Notes: generated by a model not told the origin, from the sequence alone. A stretch of 64,000 nucleotides of DNA from Kudoa neothunni (GCA_964304625.1 OZ199839.1:10899186-10963185); one strand, 5' to 3'. Shown: positions 24,601 through 39,786, counted from the first letter of the stretch. A program made the numbers and translations.

Positions 24601-24873
24601 TTCTCATTAATGTAAATAATCAAAACAAAGGATTTTGAAAATTAAGGTTGGAGCCGAAAAGTTTCGTAAAATCGATAATCCCTATTTTTATAAAATATTC
24701 TTTGATAAATATTTTTTTCTTTAATTTTTAATTATAATCGCATAAAATAAACTTTCTTAATTTACAAAAATAATTTTAACTCTGATAATTGTATATAAGA
24801 GAAGAAAAAGTAAAAGTACGTAAAATCAATTACCTACTGTACTTAGAAAAGTTGAGACCAGCGAGATTCCCAT
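21662..24873 (-). CDS. Candidate unannotated multi-exon gene (exon chain unresolved)
   Basis: ATG at 24873 lies ~24 nt after a tatgcgcgcata motif. Exon 1 MGISLVSTFLSTV ends at a G|gtaatt donor (24834). Exon-like blocks with splice signals at ~24050-24228, 22181-22250, 22100-22153, 21900-22056 and 21662-21738 (GQNYSEFEYTSRRIMVEVRCCSGLN*). Confidence 0.3.
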
Positions 24874-25237
24874 TAACCTAACATAAACAATGTCGTATGC
24901 GCGCATATTTTCGAAATTTCTACTTAAAACATTATTCATTAGATTTATAAACAATTTTCACTATTTATTAACTAAGGTAGTTAAACTGTCGCAACTTAAA
25001 TTAAAAATATGGGCATATCTATTAAGTAAGAATATGGAAAATTAAGATAAACAAGTCTACAGAGGAGTAATCTGCTTTTATAAACAATTGGTAATTAATT
25101 TTTAATATACATGCAGGCATATATTCTGATATAGTACAAATTTATATCTGAGCATAATGCTTACTTTCAGTTTAAAAAAAAATCTATAGATAATTAGCCC
25201 AGAAATATTTTGTTTTAAATATTGCATTGGTATACAT

Positions 25238-25808
25238 CAGGGGTTGACAACCCTTTTAGTGTCGGGAGAAACTAGCATACCCTAATTTTAATGAGGACCG
25301 TATAAAATTTAATTTATAAAAATGTTAAATTATTCTTAATTCAATTTTTGAGTAAAAATATATAAATTAGAATTTAAAAAAGTCGTTTTAACTATAAAAT
25401 TACGTCAAATAAAAATTATTTTATACTAATAATTTTCATTTGCTATGTAACCAACTCCCACTTAACTCGTGGAAAAACTATTTATTGGATGATGGCAATT
25501 AGTATGAGATGTACCTGACCTTTTAAAAATATTTTATAGTTTTCCAAGAGTAATTTTAACGTTATTTCGATATTCATATTTATTCCAATTTTTTGACTTA
25601 ATGAAAATGAATTTTAGTCAGCTGAAATGTTTATATCGACAATATATTAGCGTGCCGAAACCGATCGAGATATAAACGTAAAAATTAATTACGTATTTTA
25701 GACACTAAAGAAAAAATTTTATGCTAGTCAATGCATAATGCATGACGGGTCGATAGAAAGAACTCGAGAGCCGGATTAGGCCCGAGGACCATAGGTTGCC
25801 GTCCCCAG
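25238..25808. mobile_element. hAT-type MITE
   Basis: Imperfect TIRs CAGGGGTTGACAACC ... GGTTGCCGTCCCCAG. The 8-bp flanks gtatacat / atatatat look like a degenerate TSD. Confidence 0.7.
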
Positions 25809-25832
25809 ATATATATGCTTCACTGTATATAT

Positions 25833-26592
25833 CAGGAGTGGTCAGATTTGCCCAGATCGGGATCCAACTTTATGGTCGAGCAGATTTTCAAGAGCCATAA
25901 GGCATTAAAATCATTTATGTACCTCTTCCTTATTTAAAACTTACATTACTGGAGTATTTTTGGTAAATATTAAAATGAAACGCTGTAAAATTATAAATAA
26001 AGGTTTTTTAATTTACGAAAATAATGTTAATCGCTAAAAAACCTACGTATAATTTTTATAGGTATAATTTATGAGGGTATTTCCAAAAAAAGTAAATTAG
26101 TAGTTAATAATCCATGAAATTTTTTCTCTAAGAAAAAGGTCGCAAAACTAATAAAATATTTCTCATATTTAATCATGTATAGTAAGTAGTCTGACAAAAA
26201 ATAAAATTAAAAATTCACGAATAATGTAATAACATAAGTATTTAATGATTTTGAAATATTTTGTTTAGAGATTATTTCTAATGTTACAAATTTTTTACGT
26301 TTCAACATTATCGGTGAGCTGACGGTAATCCGGTTCGTATGCTGTTAACGCTGTACGATTAGTTGCATCAGGTGTTCGTTTCTAAGGAAAGGACTCGCGA
26401 TGCTTCTATTTTACAAACTTTATCGTTGAATAAAGACTCACAACAACAAAATTTTCAGAAGATAGAAATAAATTTGGGGCAAATTTCTTTTAATTTTGGA
26501 TATTTATTTTCTAGAACGTATTTCCACAATTCGTTTGGTGAGGTCGAATTATGAATCATCTTTAAAGCTTTAATACGTGTTTTATTCTTCCG

Positions 26593-26628
<36 letters not shown>

Positions 26629-26850
26629 TTTGATAATGGATAAACATTAATTCTAATTTTGATCAAATGTTAAAACTGTATGGTAGTTTGTAATTATGTT
26701 TTCTAATTAAAAATATTATCCAGTTTACGATTAAAGATTTAATTTCTTCGTTTGATTAAATAGTTTAAACTTTTCTGAATTAATGTGTTGGTTAAATTAA
26801 AAAAACTCAACGAAAAAATTTGTTCTCAAGGCCACATGTGGTCACCTTTG
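25833..26850. mobile_element. hAT-type non-autonomous element with perfect 8-bp TSD
   Basis: CAGGAGTGGTCAGAT ... ATGTGGTCACCTTTG, flanked on both sides by GTATATAT. Contains a (TA)n tract at ~26597-26625. Confidence 0.75.
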
Positions 26851-26984
26851 GTATATATCGTACGGTGATTGGTGGTACTTTTATCCGGAATTATGATTAA
26901 ATAATTGTTTCCGTTGCTGAGATTCCAGACAAACAAATATTTATCGACAAATAATTTCAATAAAATCCAATTAAGATTTAAAAT

Positions 26985-27032
26985 GTCTTACGGATAGCGC
27001 AAATTCCGGATAATCGAGGTTCTACTACTGTA
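26985..27032. mobile_element. Tigger/pogo-like terminal remnant
   Basis: ccggataatcgaggttctactactgTA resembles a Tigger-type TIR end followed by TA. Confidence 0.45.
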
Positions 27033-27294
27033 TATTTTGACTATTGGCCTCCGAAAAAAGTGGCTAACTTATAAAATATCTCTTATTGTAGTTACAATTT
27101 AACTTTGTAATGAATTAAAATTCTGGAACTAATAATGAGTAAATTATAAGCATATTAAATTGTTAACATCGATAAAGGAAAAAACAGCCAAAATATGCAC
27201 ACTTTCCTAATCTCTCGAAAAATGTATGAAGAATCAAAGTAAATTAACGAATAAACTTTAATATTATATAATGATCGGTGATAATTCTATTGAA

Positions 27295-28356
<1,062 letters not shown>

Positions 28357-28863
28357 TAAAACACTACGATACGTACCGAATATCGTTTCGGGATACCCAA
28401 ATTATTTTGCGTGTTGAGTAGAAAATTGTCACACTCCAAAATTTGGGTTTTCAATTTCACTATTAGAAAATCATCTGCCTAAAAATATAATCATTCGGAA
28501 GAAATACCTTATCAGTGTACTTTTTTTAGTATTGCAACAATTGCAACAAGAAGCATTATGATTATCATCAAAAGATGAATGCTAATGCTTGTTATGATTA
28601 GAAATGCACAGATTTATCGGAATCATTAAATTAACGATTTTTACTTTTTAAGTATTTCGCAATTAATGAAGATATAACCTTTTAAAACACTACCAAATTC
28701 CACCTTAACAGTTGTATAGAGTAGCTGCATGGATTTCAGAGATTAGGAATGTCAAAGTATTTCGATTAGCTTAAGCATCCGAATTCATATTCACTATTAT
28801 TCGTGGATCTTTCATGTGGTGTTTAATAGTATCTTTTGCACCGAATTAGGCACTTTTTACCAC

Positions 28864-29783
28864 TTAACCTCTCACATCCAAGGGAAAAAGTTACACGAAT
28901 ACATGGAGATGGCCGTTATAACCCCATGCTAGAATGTATTAAAATAATAAAAATTGTTGCACTTAAGATTAAGGGCATAATTATCAGCGTTATTTTTTAC
29001 ATGTTGAAATATAATAAATTCAATAGAAATAAGTAAATAATGCGTTTTTGTGACGTTCATTTGCGCACGTGCGAAGAATAGAAATAGTTATGCCTGTATA
29101 CACTTTGAATAGCGTGATAAATTAGGAATAAATTGTATTATTACTATTACTTTAACAACTACGATTTGGTTTGGTTCTCATAATCCATGATTTTATAATG
29201 AAATCTCTCTCCTGTTGACAGAAATAGGCTAAATATACAAGCTCGTACTTTATAAATTGAAATTTGACGTTATAAATTAATTTATTAATATGAAATATAT
29301 ATATATATACAGTCTAAGTATTTTTAGATCTTGAGTTTTTAAGCAATGATAAGATTGTCTAAATTAAACTTGAAACAATTATACTTAGCTCGCCACTTTT
29401 TTTTGTTGATATGTAACTGTACAAAATTATAATAATATGCACGATGCATCTGCTAGATTAAATTGGTTAATAGAATCAAGTTGTTATAGAAAAAAATAAG
29501 AATTTAAAGTACATTTATAATTTTTATTTTTCCGTAGAAAAAATTTGTTATATATTTTGACTAGCTAAACGTTATTTATATGGTAGGCATGTGTGTAACT
29601 TTTTTCTTTTTTGATTTTAAGCGAAAAGATTAAACGTAAACTCCATTTTTTAAGTATTTTTAAAAGCACCACTGTACTATAAAATACATTCAAGGAAAAA
29701 GGAAATAAAATATTTTGTAAAAGTTATGGATATAACAGGCTCTGATTGGTCACAATGGCCACCTCCAGGTATTTGAGGGTTGA
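28864..29783. mobile_element. piggyBac-like MITE, copy A (~920 bp)
   Basis: Ends TTAA-CCTCT... and ...GAGGG-TTGA. Subterminal inverted repeat AATAC(C/A)TGGAG(G/A)TGGCC. Similar along its full length to 32336-33293. Confidence 0.8.
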
Positions 29784-30026
29784 AGGAGGCGGATAACGTG
29801 GATAAGGCTAACTTGCGACTCCTATTCCCATCTATATCGTATATCGTCCTTGGAGATGACGAGAACTTCTTAGACCAATGCGACTATAATTTTTGTTGTT
29901 ATATACAGTTAGAATTGTATTTGTAGTAAATTTAATTTATAACACCAATTGAGAAAGAAAAAAATATATAATACAACAACAGAAAATAAGTTGGCATGTA
30001 ACCAAGAAAATAGAAAAAAATAAACA

Positions 30027-33000
30027 TTATTTCCGGTCGTTTATTATTGTATTGACAATATCCAAAGATGTTTGAATGGATTTTTGTTTGAGTTTCTCCC
30101 TTCTGACCAATAAAAAGCACAAGTTTCTCAACTAAAGATAACTCAAATGAGAAAATGCTTACAACAACAGATCTTAATGGGTTTACTTTTTCAAATTCAA
30201 TCCTTATATCCATAAGAAGACGCGCTAATTTGCGCACATAAACTTGATCACTGTGAAGCTAAAAATCCCTATCTAGATGATGAATAATCTAGCCAAATTA
30301 CCTCTTGAAATCGAATAAAAGCAACAGGGGATACAAATGGAGCAAAACCATTTAACTATATAACACAATTAAGTAGATTTTAAATAATTATAAAAAAAAG
30401 AGGACACTTACTTCACGTTTATACAGGTAATATTCCAACAGTAGGTGAGTGGAAACAGTTGAAATTGAAAGACATTTTTCGAGTTGGTCACAATCTATCA
30501 GCGACTTTAATTCGTCATTACTAGAATATTAAAATTGTTAAAAGGAGCATGTAGTTAATTTTCTGATATTTACTTGACATATTTTACACTTGGTAAAATA
30601 TTTTTTTCAGGCTTTTTTGGTGATTTGTTAACATGTTTGCTGCAAAATACCTTTAAAATAATATCATAGATATACCATTAACTCATATGCACAACAGCCA
30701 AAGAATACCTTCATAACATGACCATTTTTGTTTGAAACTTTTTTCAATTCGAGTTTATGTTGTAAAGCACATGTAATGTGAAACGATGTGAGACATTTGC
30801 GCTCCTAAAATTGGTCAAATGTCATTACTTCAAGGAAATTCAATCTCATACGTTACACTGTACACAGCCACTATTCCTCTTACAAAAACAGCATGTTAAT
30901 TTCTCTCGTTTTTTCTAGACGAAAATAATTTAGTTCATGGTGGGGGATAATTATCGAGTTGAAATTGAAGAATACATAGGCTTTAGATATGGTGATTCCA
31001 TTAGATTTGATCGGATCTTTAAAAATCACTTCAGGAATCCAATGAGCACATATAATATGCACCCACGATTGGGGAGAAGTTCTATTTCTAGAATTCAATC
31101 ATAATAAAAATAATTACTTTCTTAGGTGTGGAAATAAACTCAAAATGTAGTAAAAAATTATAAATAACATTATTTAATGAGATGACAAACAAAAAATAAT
31201 AAAGATAATTACGCTACTCTTTTCATCGGACCACCACTCTGATGACACATAATGCATTGAGGACTATCATTGTGTTCACACGCTTCGCAAAACCAGCTCC
31301 CTTCAGGAATTTCATTCACACCATAGCAAAACTAAATTATTTCAGCAGATAGATAAAAGCAATCTGTGTGCAGCACGTATCTTACTTGGTGCACTCCAAG
31401 ATTGCATTTATCGCAGAACAGAATCTTATTGTCTTCAAAGGAGTGCGGCTATATGCAAAAATTATATTTCCGCTCAAAAAACGATATTCTAATGAATTAT
31501 AACAAACAAGATGTGTGCAAATATTTTATTCAAAATTGGTCATGTAAAAATATTCGTCTTAATTAATGAAAACTAAAATGGGCCAAACAAAGGATTGATT
31601 AAAAATACAAATAAAATATTATTTTACATAAAAAATGAACTCCAAAATAGCATAAATACTTTGGTTAAGTTATTTTTAAACGTTACTGTTAAAATCAATC
31701 CCTTCAGTTCCATTTTACATTTAAGCATACATATTTGGTGAATACCACAAAGATGTATATAATTCATTATTTATTGGTTCGGTTTTAAGTAAAGTTATGA
31801 AGCTTTAACCATTTAATATTGAAAAAAAATCAATTTAATTTTTATAATGTATTAATTAGAATAGAAATTATTAGAACTCACATTTGTGATATTCCACTGT
31901 TAATAATACATTTGGCCAATTAAAATAATGATTTTGCTGTAAATTTTTATTCAAGTTATGAAAACTACGTTCCAAATTTAAAAAGTATATTTATAATATT
32001 TAAAAATGGATTATAGTTTAATTAATATTATATACAATAAATATTGTAATAATTATACTAAAATATTATTATTTTGTTGTCTTATTCTTTCGATGACTAA
32101 GAGAAAAATTTAATATAGATAATCTTATCTAATAAGTATTGAATTTTGTCATTTATTGATAGAGAAATAATAATACAAATTAAATAATTAATTGCGCTTT
32201 CATTTAACGCATGCACAATTATATTTAAAAAGTCATACATTCATTTATGCACTTATAATAAAAGTTTTTATGAATTTTATTGAATTTTTATGTGCAACGA
32301 AAAACATATTACTCAAAATTTCAAGCGACCCTAACAACCTCTGAACACCCAAGGAAAAAAGTTACACGAATACCTGGAGGTGGCCACTGTGACCACATGT
32401 AAAAATGTATTAAAATAATAAAAATTGTTGCACTTAAGGTTAACAGCATAATTATTAGAGTTATTTTTTACATGTTTAAATATAATAAGTTTAATAAAAA
32501 TAAGTAAATAATGCATTTTTGTGACGTCCATTTGCGCGAATGCGAGGAACAGGAGTAATTATGCTCGTATACATTTTGAATATTGTGAAAAATTAGAAAT
32601 CGATTGTTTTATTATTGCTTCATTTTTCGCATTTTCTTCTTATTATTATTAATTTAACAGCTATATTTTGGTTTTGTTCTCAAAATCCATGATTTTATTA
32701 GGAACTATCTTCCCTCCTGTTGACAGAAATATACTAAAGGTATAAATCCGTGCTTTATAAAGTGAAATTTGGCATTATAATTTAATTTATTAATAAGAAG
32801 CATATATATATATATTTATATAATCTAAGGATTTTAAAAATTTGAATTTTTCAGTTATGATAAGATGGTCCAAATCAAATTTTAAACAACGATTTTAATT
32901 TACTACTTTTTGTTGATATTTAATTTAACAAAATTATAATAATATGCGCGATGCATCTGCTAGATTAAATTAGTTAATAGAATGAATTTGTTATAGAAAA

Positions 33001-35525
33001 AAAATATGAATGTAAAGTACATTTATAATTTTTATTTTTCTGCAGAAAAGCTTTTTTATACATTTTAACTAGCTAAACGTTATTATTTAAATGGTAGGCA
33101 TGTGTAGTTTCCTTCTTTTTGATTTTAAGCGAAAAAATTCAACGTAAACTCCATTATTTAAGTATTTTTAAAAGTATCACTGTACTATAAAATACACGCG
33201 GGAAAAAAGGAATAAAATATTTTTTAAATGTTATTGATATAATAAGCGCTGATTGGTCACAATGATGGCCATCTCCAGGTATTCGAGCGTTAATCAATTC
33301 AATTACTGCGATAAGTTAATGATTTGTAAATCCACGATTTCCGGCATGACACCTCGATCACTTGCCAAATTACAGATAAGTATTCTCAAAATAGCTAAAC
33401 AATTTAATAAAATATTCGTAAAGGGTTCTATTTCTAATTATCTCCAAATTCTTCCATGTTTATAAAGGGAGAATTTTTTATATCGAGTAATCTAAAAATT
33501 TTAATCTAATAATGTACTATAACAGGTTTTTTAAGAGTAAATTATAAAAAAAATAAAAACATTTGAGCACAAGCGATAAATTAAGATCCAATAATTTAAA
33601 CTATCTTGCTTATTACTCTATACAAATTTAATCCATATCATGACTACCAGCGAGGTTTAAAAGAAAACCCAAGTTCAAGTAAAAAAATCCAAGGTTGAGA
33701 AAACGCTAGTTTAAAGTACGACAAAAATATAGAATCGTACCCATTAAAGTTTTTAATCTTCTTCCGATTATATAATTACGTTTTCAGATATTAAATTTAA
33801 ATTTATCGTCGTATTATTGCAATTTTTTGGGGCGAAAACACACACACACACCTAATGTCTAATATAGATCAATATACTCACAATTAATTATTAATTACTT
33901 CATAGTTCAAGATATATTTTTAAATTTTCTAATAATATGCGACAATATTTACTGAGTAATAATGTAATCGTGCCACTTTAAACAATCTAATGGGTTGTAG
34001 TACAATATCGTAAATGTTTAAACCCTCTATGATATAATCTGGATAGGATACGTTATCAAAAATATAAATATTAATGCCTCGGATTAAAAAAATTGTGTTG
34101 TTAGTCAATGTATACAGGTTTTCAATAAAAAATCAAGATTTTGTAAAAAATGAAAAAACCCCAAGTCCTGGCACCCTTGATCCATATGTGACATATGCTA
34201 TGTGATATACGTATGCGAGGACTAAAGTTTAATTCTTGTAACTCTTATTTCCAAGTCACAACTAACGTTAACCTATCATAAATTATATAATTAATTGACT
34301 ATGCTCCTAATAAACACAGTAATGGTTCAGAAATGATATACGCAAGTGGTTAAATTCAAGCAACTCAACATACATTTCTTGATTTAAAACTCATCATACA
34401 TAATTATCTGAAATACGTAACTTTTATGTTGTTTGACGTTCGTGTACTCAACTTTCGTGTGATATTAATTATTTTAAGTCAACCTATATCAATCCGAATA
34501 CAAATTTCAATGAGAATAAACATTCTGCTTAATCTACTAGATATATGCTATTATTGCAAACAAATATTAAATGATCGCTTCTTTAATATTATAAGCGAAT
34601 TAAATGAGAACTTAAGTAGAGTGTGGTTATGCTCACTTACACTCAAACATATTTCACATATGGAGGATTCGTAGTCTATTGGCTCACGAGTTTTATCTTG
34701 AGTGAGTTGGATATTTAGTACCTAAACCATGCAATGATTGGTAGGAATCGATTAAAGTATGTGGAAAAAGTCAACCAAAATTACAAATATCTCCATATTT
34801 GTTATGAATAGTTCCATTATATTTTGGTCCACATCTAAAGGGAGTACATCAACAAAATCTGATATAAATAATATTCACGATATACCACTGCACAATTTTT
34901 TCCCCTGAGCAACTTTTAACCAATTGCTATCCAACTCATCCAAGTCATACAAAATTTCTTTGTTGGTAACCCATTGAAAATATTTCAAGGCGAGATTATG
35001 AGCAGATCTTTTGGTGATTTTCGGTTTCCTACACACAAAAAAACATTCATATTTTTTGGCGCGATGAAGAATACTTTATTTTGGGTGTGTCAATTATTCT
35101 AAATGAGATATTATGTTTTAAAATTGTTCACAAAAACAAATCACTCAAAATGATTTTTGATAGGAGTTTCTGTTAAATCCGGAACCTAAAATTGGATTGA
35201 TAATATGTGCCGCCATTTATCATTATTGAGGTCTACTTGGATCGGCTTATTCCATTCAGTTCGCCATCGTTCCGCAATAGGATAATGAGGAAGTTTTTTT
35301 ATTTCCGATGCCGTTATATTTGACATGGCTGTGATTTGATCGGTCATAAAAACCTTTACAAATTAAAAAGTAGATTCCATCGTATCAACTCAAATCAACC
35401 TCATTTGTTATTTTTTTCTCTGCGTGGTTTCATCTAAATTACTCTCAATGAATAACAATCATTATTCTTGATACCATGGTAATTTTTGGTTGGTTGCATT
35501 CCTCGTGTTTTCTCTTTCTTGGCAT
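30027..35525 (-). CDS. JADE: JADE-family PZP (PHD-Zn knuckle-ePHD) chromatin protein
   Basis: VFMTDQITAM..IAERWRTEWNKPIQVP (JADE N-terminus); YDLDELDSNWL (EPc); PHD1 CEIC..FCDKCNLGVHQFCYGV..WFCEAC; CIMC..GGPMK; WVHIICAHWIPEV; FHITCA; FCSKH; C-terminal LRNLCFLLVRREKLK. A 3.2-kb intron spans 31449-34640. Confidence 0.92.
32336..33293. mobile_element. piggyBac-like MITE, copy B (in JADE intron)
   Basis: Direct-orientation homologue of 28864-29783. Ends ...CCAGGTATTCGAGCG-TTAA. Confidence 0.8.
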
Positions 35526-35556
35526 TGCGAAAGAGGTAAGAAGCTTGAATAATCGC

Positions 35557-35569
35557 TGCGCGCGCATGC
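35557..35569 (-). promoter_or_regulatory. GC-rich NRF1-like proximal promoter motif (GCATGCGCGCGCA)
   Basis: 31 nt upstream of the JADE ATG (35525). Confidence 0.55.
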
Positions 35570-37454
35570 CACATAATGATTGTTGATCAAATTCATCCTA
35601 TAAGCATTTGATAAAACTGATGCATTTATTTTTAACATGAAGTACTAATTAAGTGTAAACGTAATTAGATGAAAAAAATTAATTTTCATAAATAAGTGTG
35701 CATAGTAATTATTACGTTTCTAGTTGGCGGAATAAATTTTACTTGGTAAATAAAGATTTCACTAGACAATGCATTTTCATGTTTGCAAGAATTAAATACC
35801 ATGCCTAAATTTTGGCCCGAAACAAGAACGAAATTTATTTTAACTATGAATTTCGTGCATGAGTAGCGAAAGAAACCATATCCATGGGTTTTGTATGGGG
35901 AAGTTTAATTTTTGAGATATATCTAAACTTGGTAAATGTGGATGGAAAATTGTCTCATTCTTATGTTTTAATGCTGGACATCTTCCACGAGTAGAGGGCA
36001 CCATTATCTAAACTTTTTTTCGCATCGTTAATATTCCAGGAAAACATCTCGAAAAGAGGTTTAAAAATGCAAATGTCGAAACTATTGAATATTCGAAATT
36101 TCAATACTGAGGGAGACAATCATATTTCGTGGAATTAACTAAATTAGTGTGCATTTAAATCTACAATATAAGCAAACTAGCGTCAATAGCGCGACGTAAC
36201 TCGGTATCGAAAATATTTACATTGAAAAATGCATTAAAACAACTCCAAAAATACGCCAATCCATTTAATTAATCTATGTAAGTTTATATACGTATTTTTT
36301 ACGTACGTTATAAAATAAAAAATTTAAAATATATTGGTTAATTGTGAATATATTAAATCAGAATAAGTGTAAATTTTTATAGGCCATATGTATCCAATAA
36401 TAAAAGGACAATTATTTGGAGTTTACCTACGCATTACGATATTCAAATGCGATTTTTATTGCATGTTTTATATTTCTTTAATTTAGGTTTTAAAAAAAAA
36501 GTATTGAAAAATTAACTGATAATAAATTTTGTTTGCACATTTTTATTTTAGTGAAATTAAAAAGCTAATCATTTGGTTACTATAAAGTTTAGTGATAAAA
36601 ATTTATATGATAGAATGATTTTAACTCCTTTTATTGCAAATAAAATGTCACCCAAAAAATATATAAACTAAAAAATGTATTAATTAATTGAAATAATTTT
36701 GTAAAAAGTCTATAGTAGATATATAAATAATGATATAGAAGATAACTGATTATTATTAAATGTGTGAAGCTTACTTTAATGGCTGAATCATATAATTTTG
36801 AAAACGAAACATTATTAAAAATGTTTATAAGACATATAATTAATTTTGAAGTCAATGTAGGAATAATAGAGTGAGTTTTCATTGGTTTTTTCGAAACTTA
36901 ACGAAGACTTTGCAAGTGCCGATGGTGTTGTATTGGGGTTTGGTAGCAAAACTAGAAATTATAAAAATTTGCTGAATCCTTGCATAGAGATTCAATTATT
37001 TAATTTTTAAAGATCGATTAAGAATAGGTAAAAAATGACGCTCAAAATGTTGTTTTTAGATTCTTTATCCTACCTTATAACTTGATCTAGAACTCAATTA
37101 CTTCAATTTTAATAAACACCTACTAACCTAAATTCACTAACTTAAATGATTATCAAATATTTTTAAGCAATTTAATTAAAATATTCATTATAAACAAAGT
37201 ACAGCTATAGTCAATGAAATCCCAAGTGTTAAATCGACCCTGTGAGTCCATACTAATACCCTCAATATGGTAATCAAAAAGTCCCTTTATAAGGAAGAAG
37301 TATCTTGATACTCGATTACTCAAAAGACTAATCTCAAACTGTCATGGTAGCATGAACACGAACGAACGAAAGTGCATTGTCTGGTTTGTTGATTAGAATT
37401 TTATTGCTGAAAATTTTTCAAAAGTTGATGTGGTAAAAAACTGATAACTAATGC

Positions 37455-37495
37455 CGCCCGTGGTCCAAGAGACCCCAATTATACTTAGGGGTTAA
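37455..37495. mobile_element. Orphan piggyBac-like terminus
   Basis: cgtggtccaagagaccccaattatacttaggggTTAA is similar to the terminus at 61178-61224. Another GGG-TTAA end lies at ~23260-23323. Confidence 0.45.
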
Positions 37496-38277
37496 TGAAT
37501 TTTTTCTCTGAATTATACCATCAATAAGAGCCTCCTTTTCGGAAAGTAAAAGACGTAGGCTATTCACCAGATTTAACGAATTCCTATATTTCATTTTCAT
37601 TAACTTATTCATTAAAAATAGCGAGTTGGTCAATTTAGTTAACCTTAATAATCGTTTATTTGTCGTATCTAATGAAAAATATATGAATTATGGACTTCTG
37701 AGGAAAAACTTACGATTACAAGATTCTCCGATTTTGACTAAATTAGGATTTTATCAAATTTTATAAATTATTTTTGTCAGCTAAATATTTTATATTGCTG
37801 TTTTTAGGTTAAAAATAACTATTTTTAGAGAAAAGATAAAGAAAAATTACTTATGACCTATTCTTACATTTTTTTGGATGCATATTATTGCTTAAAGTTT
37901 AATTAGAAAAATATCAGTGATCGTTACGCTCATCATGTCGTTATTTGCGTCTTAAATACAGAGGCTCGGAGCTACACGAACAAATGTAAAATTATTCGTA
38001 ATGATTATATTTTTTGAAAGTTTATAAAAACAAAGATAAATTATAGATTCTGTTCTCTTTTGTGTTTAAAGATCAAACCCCTAGCGCGACTTAATAGATT
38101 GTGTAGTTATGACTCGTTATTTTGCTCGCGTATTAGATAGTGGATCTTTTCCAGCTTCGTAAACGCTGTAGGCACCACATTAAGTCATATGTAGCCATAT
38201 ATTTTATTTCTTTGAAGTAGTATTGGAATTTAGGCGATTAAATCTTCTCACCATATCAGAGAAATCATGACCTAATT

Positions 38278-39786
38278 CAGTGTTTCCCTACAAATTTTAC
38301 ACCTCCATCCACCATCTTAATTTCTGTGTTCTCTTCGCACCCCTCCTCCATGTTAATGTCGAGACTCAATTATACTTTTTATTTAAATACGAAAATAATA
38401 ACATCAATGACAAATGTCTTAAAATTAAAATTTTTATTATTTTAGATTATATTTAAATTTCGAATTTTCCCATTTATTTCTAGAATAAATTAAAATCAAA
38501 ATGTTTTGATTAACTCAATTTGCTATGTACATTTGAAAAACGATGAACATTATCTTTTCACTACTCATGACTTAACATTCAGTGATTGAAGCTATTACTA
38601 ATTCCAGCTTATATATTCCATTTTTATGTAAAGTAACAAATAATTCTAATAAATTATGTTATTATAATTATTCCAAAATATTAAACGTAACATATAAATA
38701 TGAACGCAATACTAAACTATAAAAAGTATGGTCGCTTAAATAAGTTCTGTACTTAAAGGTGAAAATTAAATGAGCCAAATAAAAATAGTCAATTCGTATA
38801 GTTCATAGGAAACATTATCTCAAAATCAATTGTTATTTAGTATTTCTTTGATCTGGCGGTTCTTTTGCTCTCGCTGGGTTTTCATAAGTAATTCAAGGCT
38901 GAACATTTTGTACGAATATTAAACATGAAAATCGTTGTCGGGGTTTGATGAATTCCTATACTAATTATTTGTATATAATGAAGTCGATAAGTTTGTTTCA
39001 TATGCTATCTTTTGTTGAATAAATCTAGCGATTTCCCTATTCTATATTGAGTCATATGTTAATTTAAATTTTGAGGCAGTGGATTAATAAAAATTCAATG
39101 GATTCAACAATTATGCCTTCCAAATATATTTGACTAAAATAACTAATATATAGTGATAAAATTGGCATTCATTTATTTAAGTGTATAAATGAATGCTTTG
39201 ATCCTTGTTTTACTTATACTTAAAAGGATAATTTAACTTATATTTATATCAGAAGCAAAATACAAATTCTAAAGCATAACTTGGAACGTAATATAATAAA
39301 AACTATACAATTAAATGATGGATCTCAAATTTAGACAGAAGACAAAGTTAAAATTTCGTCGTGACTTTATTTTTATGGATATGGATTATTTCTAAGTGAA
39401 TAAAAATGCTGACAACCTAATTACAGCTTAAGAATATAAATATGTTATTTTGAAAGATAACTAAGTTACGATTTTACATGAAAATAGCGATAGTTGGATT
39501 TTGTAAGCTGAACAGACTTAACAAAAATTATTACCTTACTGTGCTATTTCGTAGAATCAATTATAAATTGAATAAATTATCATATCCCATTTTTTTAATC
39601 GAAACTAAATGATATCAAAACACCCAGAAATAGTACTGCACGCATTACGTCCTAACATGATTTAAACAGGGACTAACGAAAATTACGAGGTGAATAAATT
39701 AAGATTAATTTTTAAATTTATTCCAGAATGACTATTGCAATCCCAATGAGGGCTCTTCGCACCCCTAGGGGATGAGGGAAACACTG
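38278..39786. mobile_element. hAT-type non-autonomous element (~1.5 kb)
   Basis: Perfect 12-bp TIR CAGTGTTTCCCT / AGGGAAACACTG. The 8-bp flanks acctaatt / aactagtt match at 6/8. The motif ctcttcgcaccc occurs near both ends. Confidence 0.75.

Noticed and set aside
26597-26625. (TA)n microsatellite, also at ~47895-47921, and (CA)n at ~17014-17030
   Set aside because: Ordinary simple repeats.
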